Virus record (IMG/VR): IMGVR_UViG_3300045170_000116
Location: 1 to 57,565 of that record
Strand: one strand, 5' to 3'
Source: a virus
Taxonomy: Duplodnaviria; Caudoviricetes
DNA length: 57,565 bases
The position numbers and the translations under genes are program-made. Positions 37,574 to 46,753 of the stretch are shown one piece after another. Position 1 is the first letter of the stretch; each line of letters begins with the position of its first letter. The notes beneath the pieces are model-generated. The model searched no databases. It saw nothing but the letters and a program-made list of their open reading frames with translations, and was not told the origin of the DNA.

Positions 37574-38365
37574 ATGGCCCGACGACCAATTAGCCGCCCT
37601 GCTCTGGGGCTTTTTACGACTTCTGGAGTTTGCCTCGGTACCGCCGGGGGCATCTCCCACTTCACTGTAGCCGGCGGACATCCCCTCGTTCTGGGAATAG
37701 CAGCTGTAGGCTTAGCTTGCGTCCCTTTGGGGCTCGCGTTGCGCTACGGCTCCACGCTTCACGAACGGTTCAAACGGCACCGCGACCGCCACATTGAAAT
37801 CTCGACCTGCCGACATGAAGACGTTCAAGCCGTTTATGAACTGGCGGTCGGTCATTTTGGCGAGGGCGTCACGCCTCCCGACCAGATCCATAGAATACTG
37901 GCAAGGCACCGTACCGGCCTTAAGACTGCGCATTGGGTGGGTGGAGGACAGCCCCGCGAGTTGTGCGGGTACTTCTTCGTGATACCGATCAATCGCAGTC
38001 TTGCCACCAAAATTCATATGGATCGCTTCAAGGTCGTCGACATTGATGTAGACGACATTCCGCGGCAGCCTCGCTACGCATATGCCACTTACATCGGGGG
38101 CATCGTGGGTATCGGAAAACCAGCCCGGCATGAAATCCTGGGGGCCCTCAAGGCCGCGTTGGATAACTCGCCAAGGACGAAAAGCGGCCTCGTTTACGCA
38201 AAGGCTGCTACGGAAGCTGGCCTTCGTGCGCTGGACGGTTACAAGTTCCGCCCAGTCCACACCAAGGCAACTGGCATCGACTGCTACTATTACCGCGACA
38301 TCCACCCGGCCAACGGCGCTCCGAAGCAATCTGAGAGCTTGGGCTTGGCGCCAGCGTTCGCGTGA
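37574..38365 (+). CDS. 2-TM + GNAT-like domain protein
   Basis: AGGAGG RBS; TM pair; YIGGI and YAKAATEAGLR..GYKF GNAT-like motifs. Confidence 0.62.
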   Translation: MARRPISRPALGLFTTSGVCLGTAGGISHFTVAGGHPLVLGIAAVGLACVPLGLALRYGSTLHERFKRHRDRHIEISTCRHEDVQAVYELAVGHFGEGVTPPDQIHRILARHRTGLKTAHWVGGGQPRELCGYFFVIPINRSLATKIHMDRFKVVDIDVDDIPRQPRYAYATYIGGIVGIGKPARHEILGALKAALDNSPRTKSGLVYAKAATEAGLRALDGYKFRPVHTKATGIDCYYYRDIHPANGAPKQSESLGLAPAFA

Positions 38366-38397
38366 TACTCAGTGGGCGACATGATGTCGCCCACTAT

Positions 38398-38976
38398 TCA
38401 CGCCGCTGAAGCGGTTATCGCTCTCTCCCGCGAGATCATTCCCAAATGGTGCCCGACCGCATTAAGCGCCAGTCGAAGGTCGCCGATCATATGCGGCATC
38501 TGCTCGTCCCGCTCGAGTAGGTAGTTAACCGCGGCGTACATGTTGGCGCCGCGGTTCTCATGGAAGCCCTGCTCGGTCTGAATTGCCGTTTGAATAGCCT
38601 CCCATTTACGAACCGCGCGCTGGCACCATTCGTCATAGCCTGGGCCTTCAACGCCGCTGGCGCCGCCATTTCCGGTCGCGAGTGCATCCGGTGACTTCAC
38701 AGCACGTTTGAAGTTCTGCCGAGCCTCCAGATAGGCAACGGCCGCATCATACTGGGCAGGCGAAATACCATCAGTATTGTTCCGCAGGCCGGCGAGGCAG
38801 AGGCGGCCAACATAGGTTGCGGCCTTTTGGTCCCGAGCCTCCTTCTCGGTGAGGCCGAACACCCGCATGCGCAGGGCGATAGCATCGGCATTTTCCTGGT
38901 ACGCGCTATTTGCACGGCTGATCGCTCCGGACTTGGTGCGGCGGACATTCGATTTACGGGGGCGGCCCTTAGCCAT
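38398..38976 (-). CDS. Putative late-gene regulator
   Basis: Last gene of early operon, GRPRK N-terminus, GIS.AQYDAA motif. Confidence 0.65.
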   Translation of the reverse strand: MAKGRPRKSNVRRTKSGAISRANSAYQENADAIALRMRVFGLTEKEARDQKAATYVGRLCLAGLRNNTDGISPAQYDAAVAYLEARQNFKRAVKSPDALATGNGGASGVEGPGYDEWCQRAVRKWEAIQTAIQTEQGFHENRGANMYAAVNYLLERDEQMPHMIGDLRLALNAVGHHLGMISRERAITASAA

Positions 38977-39104
38977 TCTGCTGCCTCTTGTTGGATGGGT
39001 GGTTCAGGAGATCAAGGCGGCAACAACGCCACCCAGGAAGTCGAAGGCGGGGCGGGCCACAATGCCAGCGATGCCCCACCAGAAGATCACGACGGGAATG
39101 CGCA

Positions 39105-39962
39105 TCATCGCCCTGCTCTCGCCTGCTCGATTTCTTCGACGCGAAAGCCGCGCTTGCCGCTGGCACTGACGATGGGAAGCTTCTTGCCCAGCATCTGCTC
39201 GACGGCTTGGAAGTCAGGATGATTGGCCGACAGGTAGACCCAGCCCCTGACAGCATCGGCTGGCACGGGATCGTTGATGAGCGGAATGGTCAGAGCCTCG
39301 ATCCACGCCGATGAGCGCAGCCACTTGGCCAAGCCGATTCGGAACTCCAGCGCCTTTTCGGCGGTCTCGCTCCGAGTGGCAGCGTCCTCGATGTGCCACT
39401 GGTGAAACCGCTTGGCTGCCGTGAGGCAACGACGGGTCTCATCATCGGCAAGCTTGGCAAATTCTGCCTCGGCTTCAGTGCGGTTCGTCATCCGGCGGCG
39501 AGGGAATGCCCTCCAGATTTCCTCAAACGAAATGCGCGCGTCCGCCTGTTCCCGTTCCTTCTTCCGGTTTTCTTCCGGTTTCTTTAGAGGGGTGTCAGCA
39601 GTGGCACCCCCGAGGGTGTCAACTGTGTCACCCTCCCCCGTGTCACCAGTGACACCCCTAGATTTAGTGGGGGGTGTCAATTTGGCACCCCTGTAGAAGC
39701 CATTGATGCGATACTCGTTCGCCTGCTGGCGGCCGTTGTCGCTGCGCTCTACGACCTCAACATAGCCCTCATCTGCCAGCCATTTGAGCCAACGCTGAAC
39801 GCTACGGCGGGACATGCTGCTTTCGTCAGCAAGGCGGCTCACAGACGGACAGCAAAGTCCGGTTTCTTGGTTGTGCGCGTTCGCCAGACAGACCATGAGC
39901 ATCTTCGCCGCCACTTCTGGGACGTCGGTGTCGAGGACAAAAGCGACAGCCTGAATACTCAT
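39105..39962 (-). CDS. Replication initiator, N-terminal wHTH
   Basis: CCPSVSRLADESSMSRRSVQRWL; FEEIWRAFPR. Confidence 0.85.
   Translation of the reverse strand: MSIQAVAFVLDTDVPEVAAKMLMVCLANAHNQETGLCCPSVSRLADESSMSRRSVQRWLKWLADEGYVEVVERSDNGRQQANEYRINGFYRGAKLTPPTKSRGVTGDTGEGDTVDTLGGATADTPLKKPEENRKKEREQADARISFEEIWRAFPRRRMTNRTEAEAEFAKLADDETRRCLTAAKRFHQWHIEDAATRSETAEKALEFRIGLAKWLRSSAWIEALTIPLINDPVPADAVRGWVYLSANHPDFQAVEQMLGKKLPIVSASGKRGFRVEEIEQARAGR
39589..39691. repeat. Four palindromic iterons (phage ori) inside initiator gene
   Basis: GGGGTGTCAGCAGTGGCACCCC, GAGGGTGTCAACTGTGTCACCCTC, CCCGTGTCACCAGTGACACCCC, GGGGTGTCAATTTGGCACCCC. Confidence 0.75.
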
Positions 39963-40351
39963 CAGACCTGACCCTTTTGGAAGTCACGGAACGATCGAAT
40001 GCCAAGAGTGACAGTGTGATGGTCCATGCCAAAGATGCGCGCGATGTTCGCGACTGGATGGCCGCCATCGAGCAGCACCGTCCAAAGCATATGGCGCGCG
40101 GCAATGGCGGCGCTGTACTGGCTGTTGAACAATTGGTCCGGCGTGACCTGCTGGTCTTCGCAAACGAGCTGCGCGGCGTATTCGATGTCTACTGCAGCCC
40201 TATTGGTCTTGCGAAAGGGCGCAAGGGCCGTGCGCGGCATGTTGGCACCAGGGCGTGCGCCGGGGCGCCCCCAGAGGCGCGCATGAGCCTCTGCGCTGGC
40301 TTCGTGCTGCCGCCGAAGCTCTGGCCCGATGAACTGATGAGCGAAGGTCAT
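39962..40351 (-). CDS. DnaA C-terminal HTH-like protein
   Basis: AARH..W....IARIFGMDHHTV resembles DnaA domain IV DHTTV. Confidence 0.75.
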   Translation of the reverse strand: MTFAHQFIGPELRRQHEASAEAHARLWGRPGARPGANMPRTALAPFRKTNRAAVDIEYAAQLVCEDQQVTPDQLFNSQYSAAIAARHMLWTVLLDGGHPVANIARIFGMDHHTVTLGIRSFRDFQKGQV

Positions 40352-40575
40352 GGTTCACCTGCCGCGAGAGGTACATCACTGCGCACAAAACGGTTCGGAT
40401 AGTACGTCTCATATCCGGCATATGGCGCCTTGGGCGCGGCTTGCTTCGGCGCGCGCGGTCGGGAACTGGTGATGAGGTATACGGTCGCTTCACTGGCTCC
40501 GAGGATCTCGGCAATGTGGGCGGTATCGTATTGTCCCATTTCCCAGAGGCGCATGACCTCGGACTGAAGGCTCAT
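40348..40575 (-). CDS. Small HTH protein
   Basis: DTAHIAEILGASEATVY. Confidence 0.7.
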   Translation of the reverse strand: MSLQSEVMRLWEMGQYDTAHIAEILGASEATVYLITSSRPRAPKQAAPKAPYAGYETYYPNRFVRSDVPLAAGEP

Positions 40576-40693
40576 TTCCCCCTCCCCTTTGCCTTGGCAA
40601 TCGAACGGAGGATGGATTTGGAGCGAGGCTTGGGCTTCCTGCCCTGCCAGACCTTCTTGCTCTTTTGATCGTGCTGGGATTGGAGGACGGAGG

Positions 40694-41257
40694 TCATTGC
40701 TTGCCTCCCCAGAGCATATGGGCCTGCGCATAGGTGCCGGGCCCCCAGACGTACCAGGCGTGATCTTCAGTGCCTGTCTCGCCGTTCCCTGCCCACGAGA
40801 TGCGATCCAGCAAGGCGATCTTCGCCATGAACCGGTGATTGTCCTGGAAGAGGTGACGACGGGTTTTGCCGAAATCGAACTTGGCCGTCAGCAGCAGCGC
40901 GACCATGCCATCGCAGCGCTCGAGCGCCAGTTCGGCGAAGCGCACAGCGTCACGGTTGCCCTTGCCGTATGGAGGGTTGGTGATGATGGCGTCGACCGAT
41001 AGCCGCGGCTCGGACGGGTAGTAGGCGAGAAAGTCTCGAACCATGTCATGCTGCCGATCATATGTCGCAATGTCCGAGGTGAAGACTTCTGCACCGTGCT
41101 CGCGAAGCACATCGGCCACCATGTGATTGCCTGCCGCTGGCTCCAAAACGCGAAGCCCGGCCACCGGGAAATGCCGCAACAGCACTCCCGTCGCCCATGG
41201 CTCGGTCTGGTAAAGGTCATTCGCAGCGCGAGCGAAGTTGGAAGCGGTGACAGTCAT
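40694..41257 (-). CDS. DNA N6-adenine methyltransferase
   Basis: EPAAGN motif I, ITNPPY motif IV. Confidence 0.85.
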   Translation of the reverse strand: MTVTASNFARAANDLYQTEPWATGVLLRHFPVAGLRVLEPAAGNHMVADVLREHGAEVFTSDIATYDRQHDMVRDFLAYYPSEPRLSVDAIITNPPYGKGNRDAVRFAELALERCDGMVALLLTAKFDFGKTRRHLFQDNHRFMAKIALLDRISWAGNGETGTEDHAWYVWGPGTYAQAHMLWGGKQ

Positions 41258-42099
41258 GCTGCTGCCTTCCGCTTCTGCTTGATCTGGTGATCGAGCTTGG
41301 CAATCGTCAGGAGCGCGGGCTTCAGTTCATCCGGCGCGCTGTCGTAGGCCATCACGCGGGTTGCCTTGCCGCCATTCAAGCGAGGCAGCAAGCCGCGAGA
41401 GATCAGCTCCCAGTTCGACGGATCGGTATTGAGCTTGTTGCCGTCGAGGCACTTAAGGCAATGGCCCTTGGGCACTGGACCGTTGAGTTTCTCCCACAGC
41501 CAGACATGCTTGTGCACTGGGCGCGTCTTGGCGCCGGTCCATGGGTTTGTTTCCTCGACGATCATGACGACGTAGCCGTCTTTGCTGTCGATGCGCTCGT
41601 GACCTGGCCCTTTGTAGGTGTGCGAGACGTTGCCCTTCTTGAACTGAGTTTTCCGGGCATTCGGGTGCCGGCCACCAACACCGTCGGCGCATCGTTTGCC
41701 CTTGTTGTGTGAGACGTTGCCCTTGGGGAACTGTCCAGTGCGCCCAGTCTTCCACCCCATACGCTTACGGAGGGCGTGAAGGTTCTGCGGACGGACGTCT
41801 TCGCGCGGGAAGGCCGCAACGAACTCCTGATGATACTCCGCGATAGGCAGCAGGTGGTTGGCTTCAAGCCAGGCCATCTCCGCTGCGCCGAATTTCCGGT
41901 GCCGACCTTTGTATCGGTCGCCTTCCCTGCCAGTCTTCCAACCCTTGCGCTTGCGCAATCCATGCAAGTTCATCGCCGAGACATCATCACGGCCAAACTC
42001 GGCGACGAACGCGGCGTGATAGTCACTGATGACCATCGTGCGGTTGGTTTCCAGCCAGATCATTTCGACGGCGCTGTATTCGATCCGGCTGCGCTTCAT
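41254..42099 (-). CDS. HNH endonuclease family protein
   Basis: QFKKG repeats, H..LWE...GPVP..DGNKLN..SN. Confidence 0.85.
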   Translation of the reverse strand: MKRSRIEYSAVEMIWLETNRTMVISDYHAAFVAEFGRDDVSAMNLHGLRKRKGWKTGREGDRYKGRHRKFGAAEMAWLEANHLLPIAEYHQEFVAAFPREDVRPQNLHALRKRMGWKTGRTGQFPKGNVSHNKGKRCADGVGGRHPNARKTQFKKGNVSHTYKGPGHERIDSKDGYVVMIVEETNPWTGAKTRPVHKHVWLWEKLNGPVPKGHCLKCLDGNKLNTDPSNWELISRGLLPRLNGGKATRVMAYDSAPDELKPALLTIAKLDHQIKQKRKAAA

Positions 42100-42353
42100 T
42101 CGTCAGCCTCCACGGTGACCGATTTGCCGATGAGGCCGGAGAGGGCTGGGCGGAACCGGTCGCCGTGTTGAGCGACAAACGTCGACGCCTTGAACGTCAG
42201 TTCGGCATTGCGGATGATCTGGTCAGCGACGTTGACCAAGGCCTCGCCGCGTTTCGCCTCGACCTCTATCTGCTCAGGCGTCAGGTCTTCGTCGGACAGC
42301 CGCTCGAGCTGGGCGAACAGGTGATCGTTCAGATCGGAAAGCTTGTTCTTCAT
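42096..42353 (-). CDS. Conserved phage protein
   Basis: MKNKLSDLNDHLFAQLERL. Confidence 0.8.
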   Translation of the reverse strand: MKNKLSDLNDHLFAQLERLSDEDLTPEQIEVEAKRGEALVNVADQIIRNAELTFKASTFVAQHGDRFRPALSGLIGKSVTVEADE

Positions 42354-42727
42354 GCTGCTACTCCGAACAGGTCGAGTTGATTGGGGATGAGGGTGCTGAG
42401 CCACTCGATGACCGCCCTGGCGTCTTTGCATTCGACGGCGCGGGGTTCGAGGTTCCGGCGAAGTTCTGCGCAGGCGGCTTCAATGGCGGCCTGACGGGTG
42501 GGCGCCCGACAGTTGAGGCGGCTTCCCGGCGGCAAATCCATGAGCGGCGAACCGCTGCCGCTGTGGTCACCGGTGTACATCTGGAAGTCAGTCGCCCAGA
42601 TCCAGTGAGTGCCGAGATCGACCAGCTTAATGTCAGCCAGGTTGCAGCCTCGCCACCCCTTGACCGTGCGGGCCAGCGACAGCTTTTCTTGGGGCTCGTA
42701 GACACCGTGAGCGTTTGGGACGGGCAT
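42350..42727 (-). CDS. Hypothetical protein with C-terminal QLDLF
   Basis: Coupled ORF; QLDLF beta-clamp-binding-like motif. Confidence 0.65.
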   Translation of the reverse strand: MPVPNAHGVYEPQEKLSLARTVKGWRGCNLADIKLVDLGTHWIWATDFQMYTGDHSGSGSPLMDLPPGSRLNCRAPTRQAAIEAACAELRRNLEPRAVECKDARAVIEWLSTLIPNQLDLFGVAA

Positions 42728-42930
42728 TACTGCGCACCACCCTGCAGCCGCTCCCCGGCGCCATCTCGGAAGTGCTTCGGCACATAGAGGCCGGCGGCGG
42801 TCATGTCCTTGACCAGTCGATCCGTCGCATCAGGCTTTTCCTCGTGAGACGAACAGAACCGGCCGCAGGTGCAACGGGGCTGGGTCTTTATCGTGGGCTT
42901 GCTGGAGAGAAGGCGGTTTAGCCATTCCAT
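42727..42930 (-). CDS. Small hypothetical protein
   Basis: Coupled ORF. Confidence 0.55.
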   Translation of the reverse strand: MEWLNRLLSSKPTIKTQPRCTCGRFCSSHEEKPDATDRLVKDMTAAGLYVPKHFRDGAGERLQGGAQ

Positions 42931-42933
42931 GGG

Positions 42934-43362
42934 TCAGTCCTCGTCGCTCGTGAATGCGTCGAGGTCGATGCGCCAGTCGGCAATCTTGCCATCAGCGCCA
43001 ATGTCCATGATCACATAGTCGCCGTAGCCGTTTTCCTTGGGCGACATGATGCGCGGCACATAGCCGTCGATGGTGATCAGCTCACCCTTGTCCGCGTCGA
43101 GCAGTGAATACCGCCCAGCATCGCAAACCTTGTAATGGACCGAAGCGGACGTGCCTTGCGGCCAGTCGACAATACGCCCTTCTTCCAGGTCTATGATAAT
43201 CGCCCACTCTTCTCGGCTGGGGTTCGAGAAGGGCATCAGCGGCACATCTTCGCCATCAGCGACGCCGTTGATTTCGCCATCATCCCAGTAGCGAACTCCG
43301 CATTCGGCCTTGAGGAAAACCGCTTCGACTTCGACAGGGCGTTTGATCGTGATCTTGGGCAT
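42934..43362 (-). CDS. Conserved phage protein
   Basis: VRYWDD, HYKVCDAG, GYGDY motifs. Confidence 0.75.
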   Translation of the reverse strand: MPKITIKRPVEVEAVFLKAECGVRYWDDGEINGVADGEDVPLMPFSNPSREEWAIIIDLEEGRIVDWPQGTSASVHYKVCDAGRYSLLDADKGELITIDGYVPRIMSPKENGYGDYVIMDIGADGKIADWRIDLDAFTSDED

Positions 43363-43410
43363 GGTCAGTCCTCGATGCGTGGGGTTTCGTCTTCAGGTTC
43401 GGCGGTATCG

Positions 43411-43914
43411 TCACTGGCGATCTGTTGAGCGGCGGCTGAAAGAGCCCTGCCCCGCACCACCAGCCGCTCCACCTTTTCCGCGATCGCTGTTGCGCGCGCC
43501 GTCCAGCGCCTGGCCAGCAAGCGCCGCGCGTAGGGCGGCAAGCTCGGCTTCAACAGCAACAAAACGGGCCTCCAAGATGCGATATCCTTCGGCATCCGCC
43601 GCCTCCTCTGCTCGACGTTTCCGAGCTTCCTGCGCCGCCTTAAGTTCTTCGATGCGGAGGGTTTCGGCGCCGCGTAGCGAAACCCCTTCTTCCGCGTTGT
43701 AAATTGAGCGGGTACGGCGAGCCGACCAGCCCAAGAAATCCTTCAGCCGCTCAATGCGATCCTGATGGTACTGAAGCGTGGGGAAGCGAAACTTCGCCTC
43801 CGCGCGCAGAATGTCAGATGCGTCAGCAAGCATTTTCTCTCGCCCGCTTTTGGAAAAAGTTTCCAGCAATTTGGAAATCCTTTCGTGCATGGTGCTTCTC
43901 ATCGAAGCGAACAT
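43411..43914 (-). CDS. Phage regulatory protein (CII-like position); start uncertain
   Basis: GWSARRTRSIY HTH-like segment plus coiled coil. Confidence 0.55.
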   Translation of the reverse strand: MFASMRSTMHERISKLLETFSKSGREKMLADASDILRAEAKFRFPTLQYHQDRIERLKDFLGWSARRTRSIYNAEEGVSLRGAETLRIEELKAAQEARKRRAEEAADAEGYRILEARFVAVEAELAALRAALAGQALDGARNSDRGKGGAAGGAGQGSFSRRSTDRQ

Positions 43915-44268
43915 TCACGGAAGGTTGACGATGACTATTGAGCCGATCAGCGAGACTTTGAGAGCGTTGCTGGTTCGGCAAGGATTGCGCGGGCGAACGG
44001 TTGGCGCCGAATGCCTGCTCGGAAAGAAAAGCCGGGAGAGCGCAATAGAGCGCTCGACCCCGGAGTTTGCCGCCGGGAGCCGTGGAGGAACGGCCAGGGA
44101 GGAGATCGGCGGGGTTGCTGAAACGAGTTTGAGCCAGTGGCGTGTCATCAGAGTGCGCCCCTCGCTGAAAATCGCTGATGGCGGCCGGAAATGACGACGA
44201 TCGAGCGGCGAATGCCGTGGAGCCGCTTGCCGGTTCGGGTCGATTGGTGGAGACAGGTACGCGTTCCA

Positions 44269-44586
44269 TCACGCCGTCTCGCTCGTGGTGAGGCGGTAGC
44301 CGACGCCGCGAACGTTCTCGATGCCGAAGCCGAAGGGCCGAAGCTTGTTGCGGCTGACGCAGACATGCCGGCGAATGATGTTGTCGGCACAGTCAGGCCC
44401 ACCGTTGGGATCAAGACCCCAGATCACGGTCCAGATAGCCTGAATGGTGACGGCTCTGCCTTTGCCCTTGGCAACGGCCAGGAATAGCTGGCGCTCACTC
44501 GGGCTGAGCTTTGCGCGATAAGCCGCGTTCTCGATGCCGTCGATGATCGGCTGGCCGCAGCAATCGCAGACCTTCTGGGCGCTCAT
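44269..44586 (-). CDS. Winged-helix (OmpR C-terminal-like) protein
   Basis: CDCCG, LSPSE..LF, R.KL....IENVRGVGYRL. Confidence 0.8.
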   Translation of the reverse strand: MSAQKVCDCCGQPIIDGIENAAYRAKLSPSERQLFLAVAKGKGRAVTIQAIWTVIWGLDPNGGPDCADNIIRRHVCVSRNKLRPFGFGIENVRGVGYRLTTSETA

Positions 44587-44708
44587 GGTGCCGCCCCAAT
44601 CAGGAACAGTACGTGCGCAGCGACAGCCAAGAGGATGAGCCCATAAATCGTGGGCCAGATCACCTTTGACGGTTCAAGGCGAGGGCCGGAGTTGCGTGCC
44701 CTGCTCAT
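44583..44708 (-). CDS. 41-aa single-TM peptide
   Basis: ATGA overlaps at both ends; [22 protein letters not shown]. Confidence 0.55.
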   Translation of the reverse strand: MSRARNSGPRLEPSKVIWPTIYGLILLAVAAHVLFLIGAAP

Positions 44709-45448
44709 GCCGACACCAGGCCATCGCCGGCCATTTTCAGGCAGGAATTGCAGTGAGCCTTCCCACCAGACGAACGGCAGGCTTCAGGGCTCTGGCACAA
44801 GGGGCGCAGCTTCTTGACGCCCTCGGCTCGCGAAAGAACGTTGGATGCCGGAGCTGGGGTCGAACCAGCGTTGACGGCGTCAAAGGCCGCTGTCCTGCCA
44901 TTAGACGATCCGGCATTGTCCTGAAGGGGCTCGACATTGTCGACGCCCCTGCCCTCGCTTGCATCTGCCGAGAGAGTTTCGTTCGCCGTTTCCGGCTGAA
45001 TAGGTTGACGTTCTTCGATGCCCTCCACAACGTCAGGAGAGGGAGTGACGGTCGCTGTAACGACCCGCATCTGCGCAGGCTGAGGGGCAACCTGCGGTTG
45101 GGTAATAGGTTCGGAAACAGCCTCGACGCGACCAGCAAAGAGCGGCGCAGAATGGCCGGCGGAGCCGCGGCGCAAAGTGCGATTCATTGCCTCTTCGTGC
45201 GAGGTCTGCATATCGAGCGCGGTCATGTAGAGCTCGAGCAGAGCTTCCTGCTCCATGCGCTCGTTGGCGTCCTGCTTGCGGATCGTCACAATCTTCCGCA
45301 GGATTTTCGTGTCGAAGCCGTTGCCCTTGGCTTCGGCGTAGATTTCCTTGATGTCAGCCGCGATGGCGGCTTTCTCTTCCTCCATTCTCTCGATGCGTTC
45401 GATGAAGGCGCGGAGCTGGTCCTGGGCGACGGAATCTTCAACGGCCAT
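44705..45448 (-). CDS. gapR: GapR/DUF2312 protein with long C-terminal extension and Cys4 motif
   Basis: [45 protein letters not shown]. Confidence 0.88.
   Translation of the reverse strand: MAVEDSVAQDQLRAFIERIERMEEEKAAIAADIKEIYAEAKGNGFDTKILRKIVTIRKQDANERMEQEALLELYMTALDMQTSHEEAMNRTLRRGSAGHSAPLFAGRVEAVSEPITQPQVAPQPAQMRVVTATVTPSPDVVEGIEERQPIQPETANETLSADASEGRGVDNVEPLQDNAGSSNGRTAAFDAVNAGSTPAPASNVLSRAEGVKKLRPLCQSPEACRSSGGKAHCNSCLKMAGDGLVSA
44842..44915 (-). tRNA. tRNA-Gln(TTG) nested within the GapR CDS
   Basis: TGCCGGA-TC-GTC TAATGGCAG GAC-A-GCGGC CTTTGAC GCCGT-CAAC-GCTGG TTCGACC CCAGC-TCCGGCA-T-CCA, 74 nt. Confidence 0.85.
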
Positions 45449-45676
45449 TTAAGCCTCCACCATCTTGCAGCCGGCGGCCGCGTTGAACTTGAGACGACAG
45501 GCACGAGCTTGGTCAGGAGTGCCGGACCATGCGTGTTCGGGATTGTCGGTGAGGAAGCCGCCGGACCAATGGAGGTATTGGACCCCTGCCCTAAGCCGGA
45601 CCTTGGCGGCAGAAGCGCGAAGATCAGACAAGCTGGGTGGATGATGCTTGGGGTGGGCTTCGATGCGCGAGGTCAT
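45449..45676 (-). CDS. Hypothetical protein
   Basis: Coupled to cro; YLHWSG..AWSGT. Confidence 0.65.
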   Translation of the reverse strand: MTSRIEAHPKHHPPSLSDLRASAAKVRLRAGVQYLHWSGGFLTDNPEHAWSGTPDQARACRLKFNAAAGCKMVEA

Positions 45677-45915
45677 GCTGCGGCTCCTCCCTGCTGGCGC
45701 GGCAGGAAATCCTCTGCACGCACTTTCAGTTTTCGCGCGGCCGCCGCCGCCATCAGCTTGGGAATATGCCAATGAGGAACAGCGCCGCCGGTGCCGCCCT
45801 TCTCTTTGACCTGACGCCACCGCCGGACTTGCCCAGGCGAGGCCTCAACGATGGCCGCGACCACTTCGGGGCCGCCGAATTTCTTGATGATGGATGTAGC
45901 GGGTTCGCACTTCAT
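45673..45915 (-). CDS. cro: Cro-like repressor
   Basis: IIKKFGG..VA.....V.RW...GG.VP..H, divergent from cI. Confidence 0.85.
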   Translation of the reverse strand: MKCEPATSIIKKFGGPEVVAAIVEASPGQVRRWRQVKEKGGTGGAVPHWHIPKLMAAAAARKLKVRAEDFLPRQQGGAAA

Positions 45916-45923
45916 GGCCCTAG

Positions 45924-46010
45924 CTATGCGCTTTTCGCACAGTCAGTCAAGTGCTATGCAAGCGATAATCGCACAGGACGTTTAGAACACTCCTATGCGA
46001 AATAATCACA
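45924..46010. promoter_or_regulatory. cI/cro operators
   Basis: CTATGCGCTTTTCGCACA, AGCGATAATCGCACA, CTATGCGAAATAATCACA. Confidence 0.7.
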
Positions 46011-46696
46011 TGTCCGAAGATCCGATCCTTCAGTGGGTAATTGAGAACCTTGCGAAGCCCGGCCGTTCCCAGAGCGAGCTGGCGCGGCGCCTCGGCGTGC
46101 ATCCTTCTGCGATCAACAAGCTGGTGAACGGGAAGCGCGGCCTAAAGTCGAGCGAGATCCCGATCGCCGCAGACTACTTCGGCGAAGAGCCGCCAGCTGG
46201 TGACGTCAGAGCAGCGCCTTCCGTCGGGCTGCTGCCGATCAAGGTCAACGGCAAGCTGGCCGCCGGCGTGTTCCGCGAGGTCGATGACTTCGACCAGTCG
46301 GACGCAGAGCGCGTGTACGAGCCGCCCGACGAGCGCTTCCCCAACGCACGCCGCATGGCTTTCGACGTCGAGGGCGATTCCATGAACGCGCTCGAGCCTC
46401 GTCCCATCATGTCCGGCGACCGCCTCATTTGTGTTTCGTTCGAGGACGTCGCCAGCCAGGTCCGGGTGAAGGACGGGTTGGTCGTCGTGGTCGAGCGCAC
46501 GAGAGATGGCGGCCACACGCGGGAATGGTCGGTGAAGCAGGTCGAACTCTATGAGGATCGGACTGAGTTTCACCCTCGATCGACCAACCGCACGCACAAG
46601 CCGATCGTCATCAAGCGCGATGCCCAGGCCGACGATGGCGTGAGCGTCGAGATCATTGCGTTGGTCCGCTCTGTCAGGAATGACCTGCCGCTCTAA
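46010..46696 (+). CDS. cI: CI repressor (HTH + S24 peptidase)
   Basis: SQSELARRLGV HTH, AAG cleavage site, VEGDSMN and SVK catalytic motifs. Confidence 0.92.
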   Translation: MSEDPILQWVIENLAKPGRSQSELARRLGVHPSAINKLVNGKRGLKSSEIPIAADYFGEEPPAGDVRAAPSVGLLPIKVNGKLAAGVFREVDDFDQSDAERVYEPPDERFPNARRMAFDVEGDSMNALEPRPIMSGDRLICVSFEDVASQVRVKDGLVVVVERTRDGGHTREWSVKQVELYEDRTEFHPRSTNRTHKPIVIKRDAQADDGVSVEIIALVRSVRNDLPL

Positions 46697-46753
46697 CGGT
46701 TAAAAATATAATTTACCTAATCCTAACTATGAACTGGGAGTTTGTTAGCTTAT

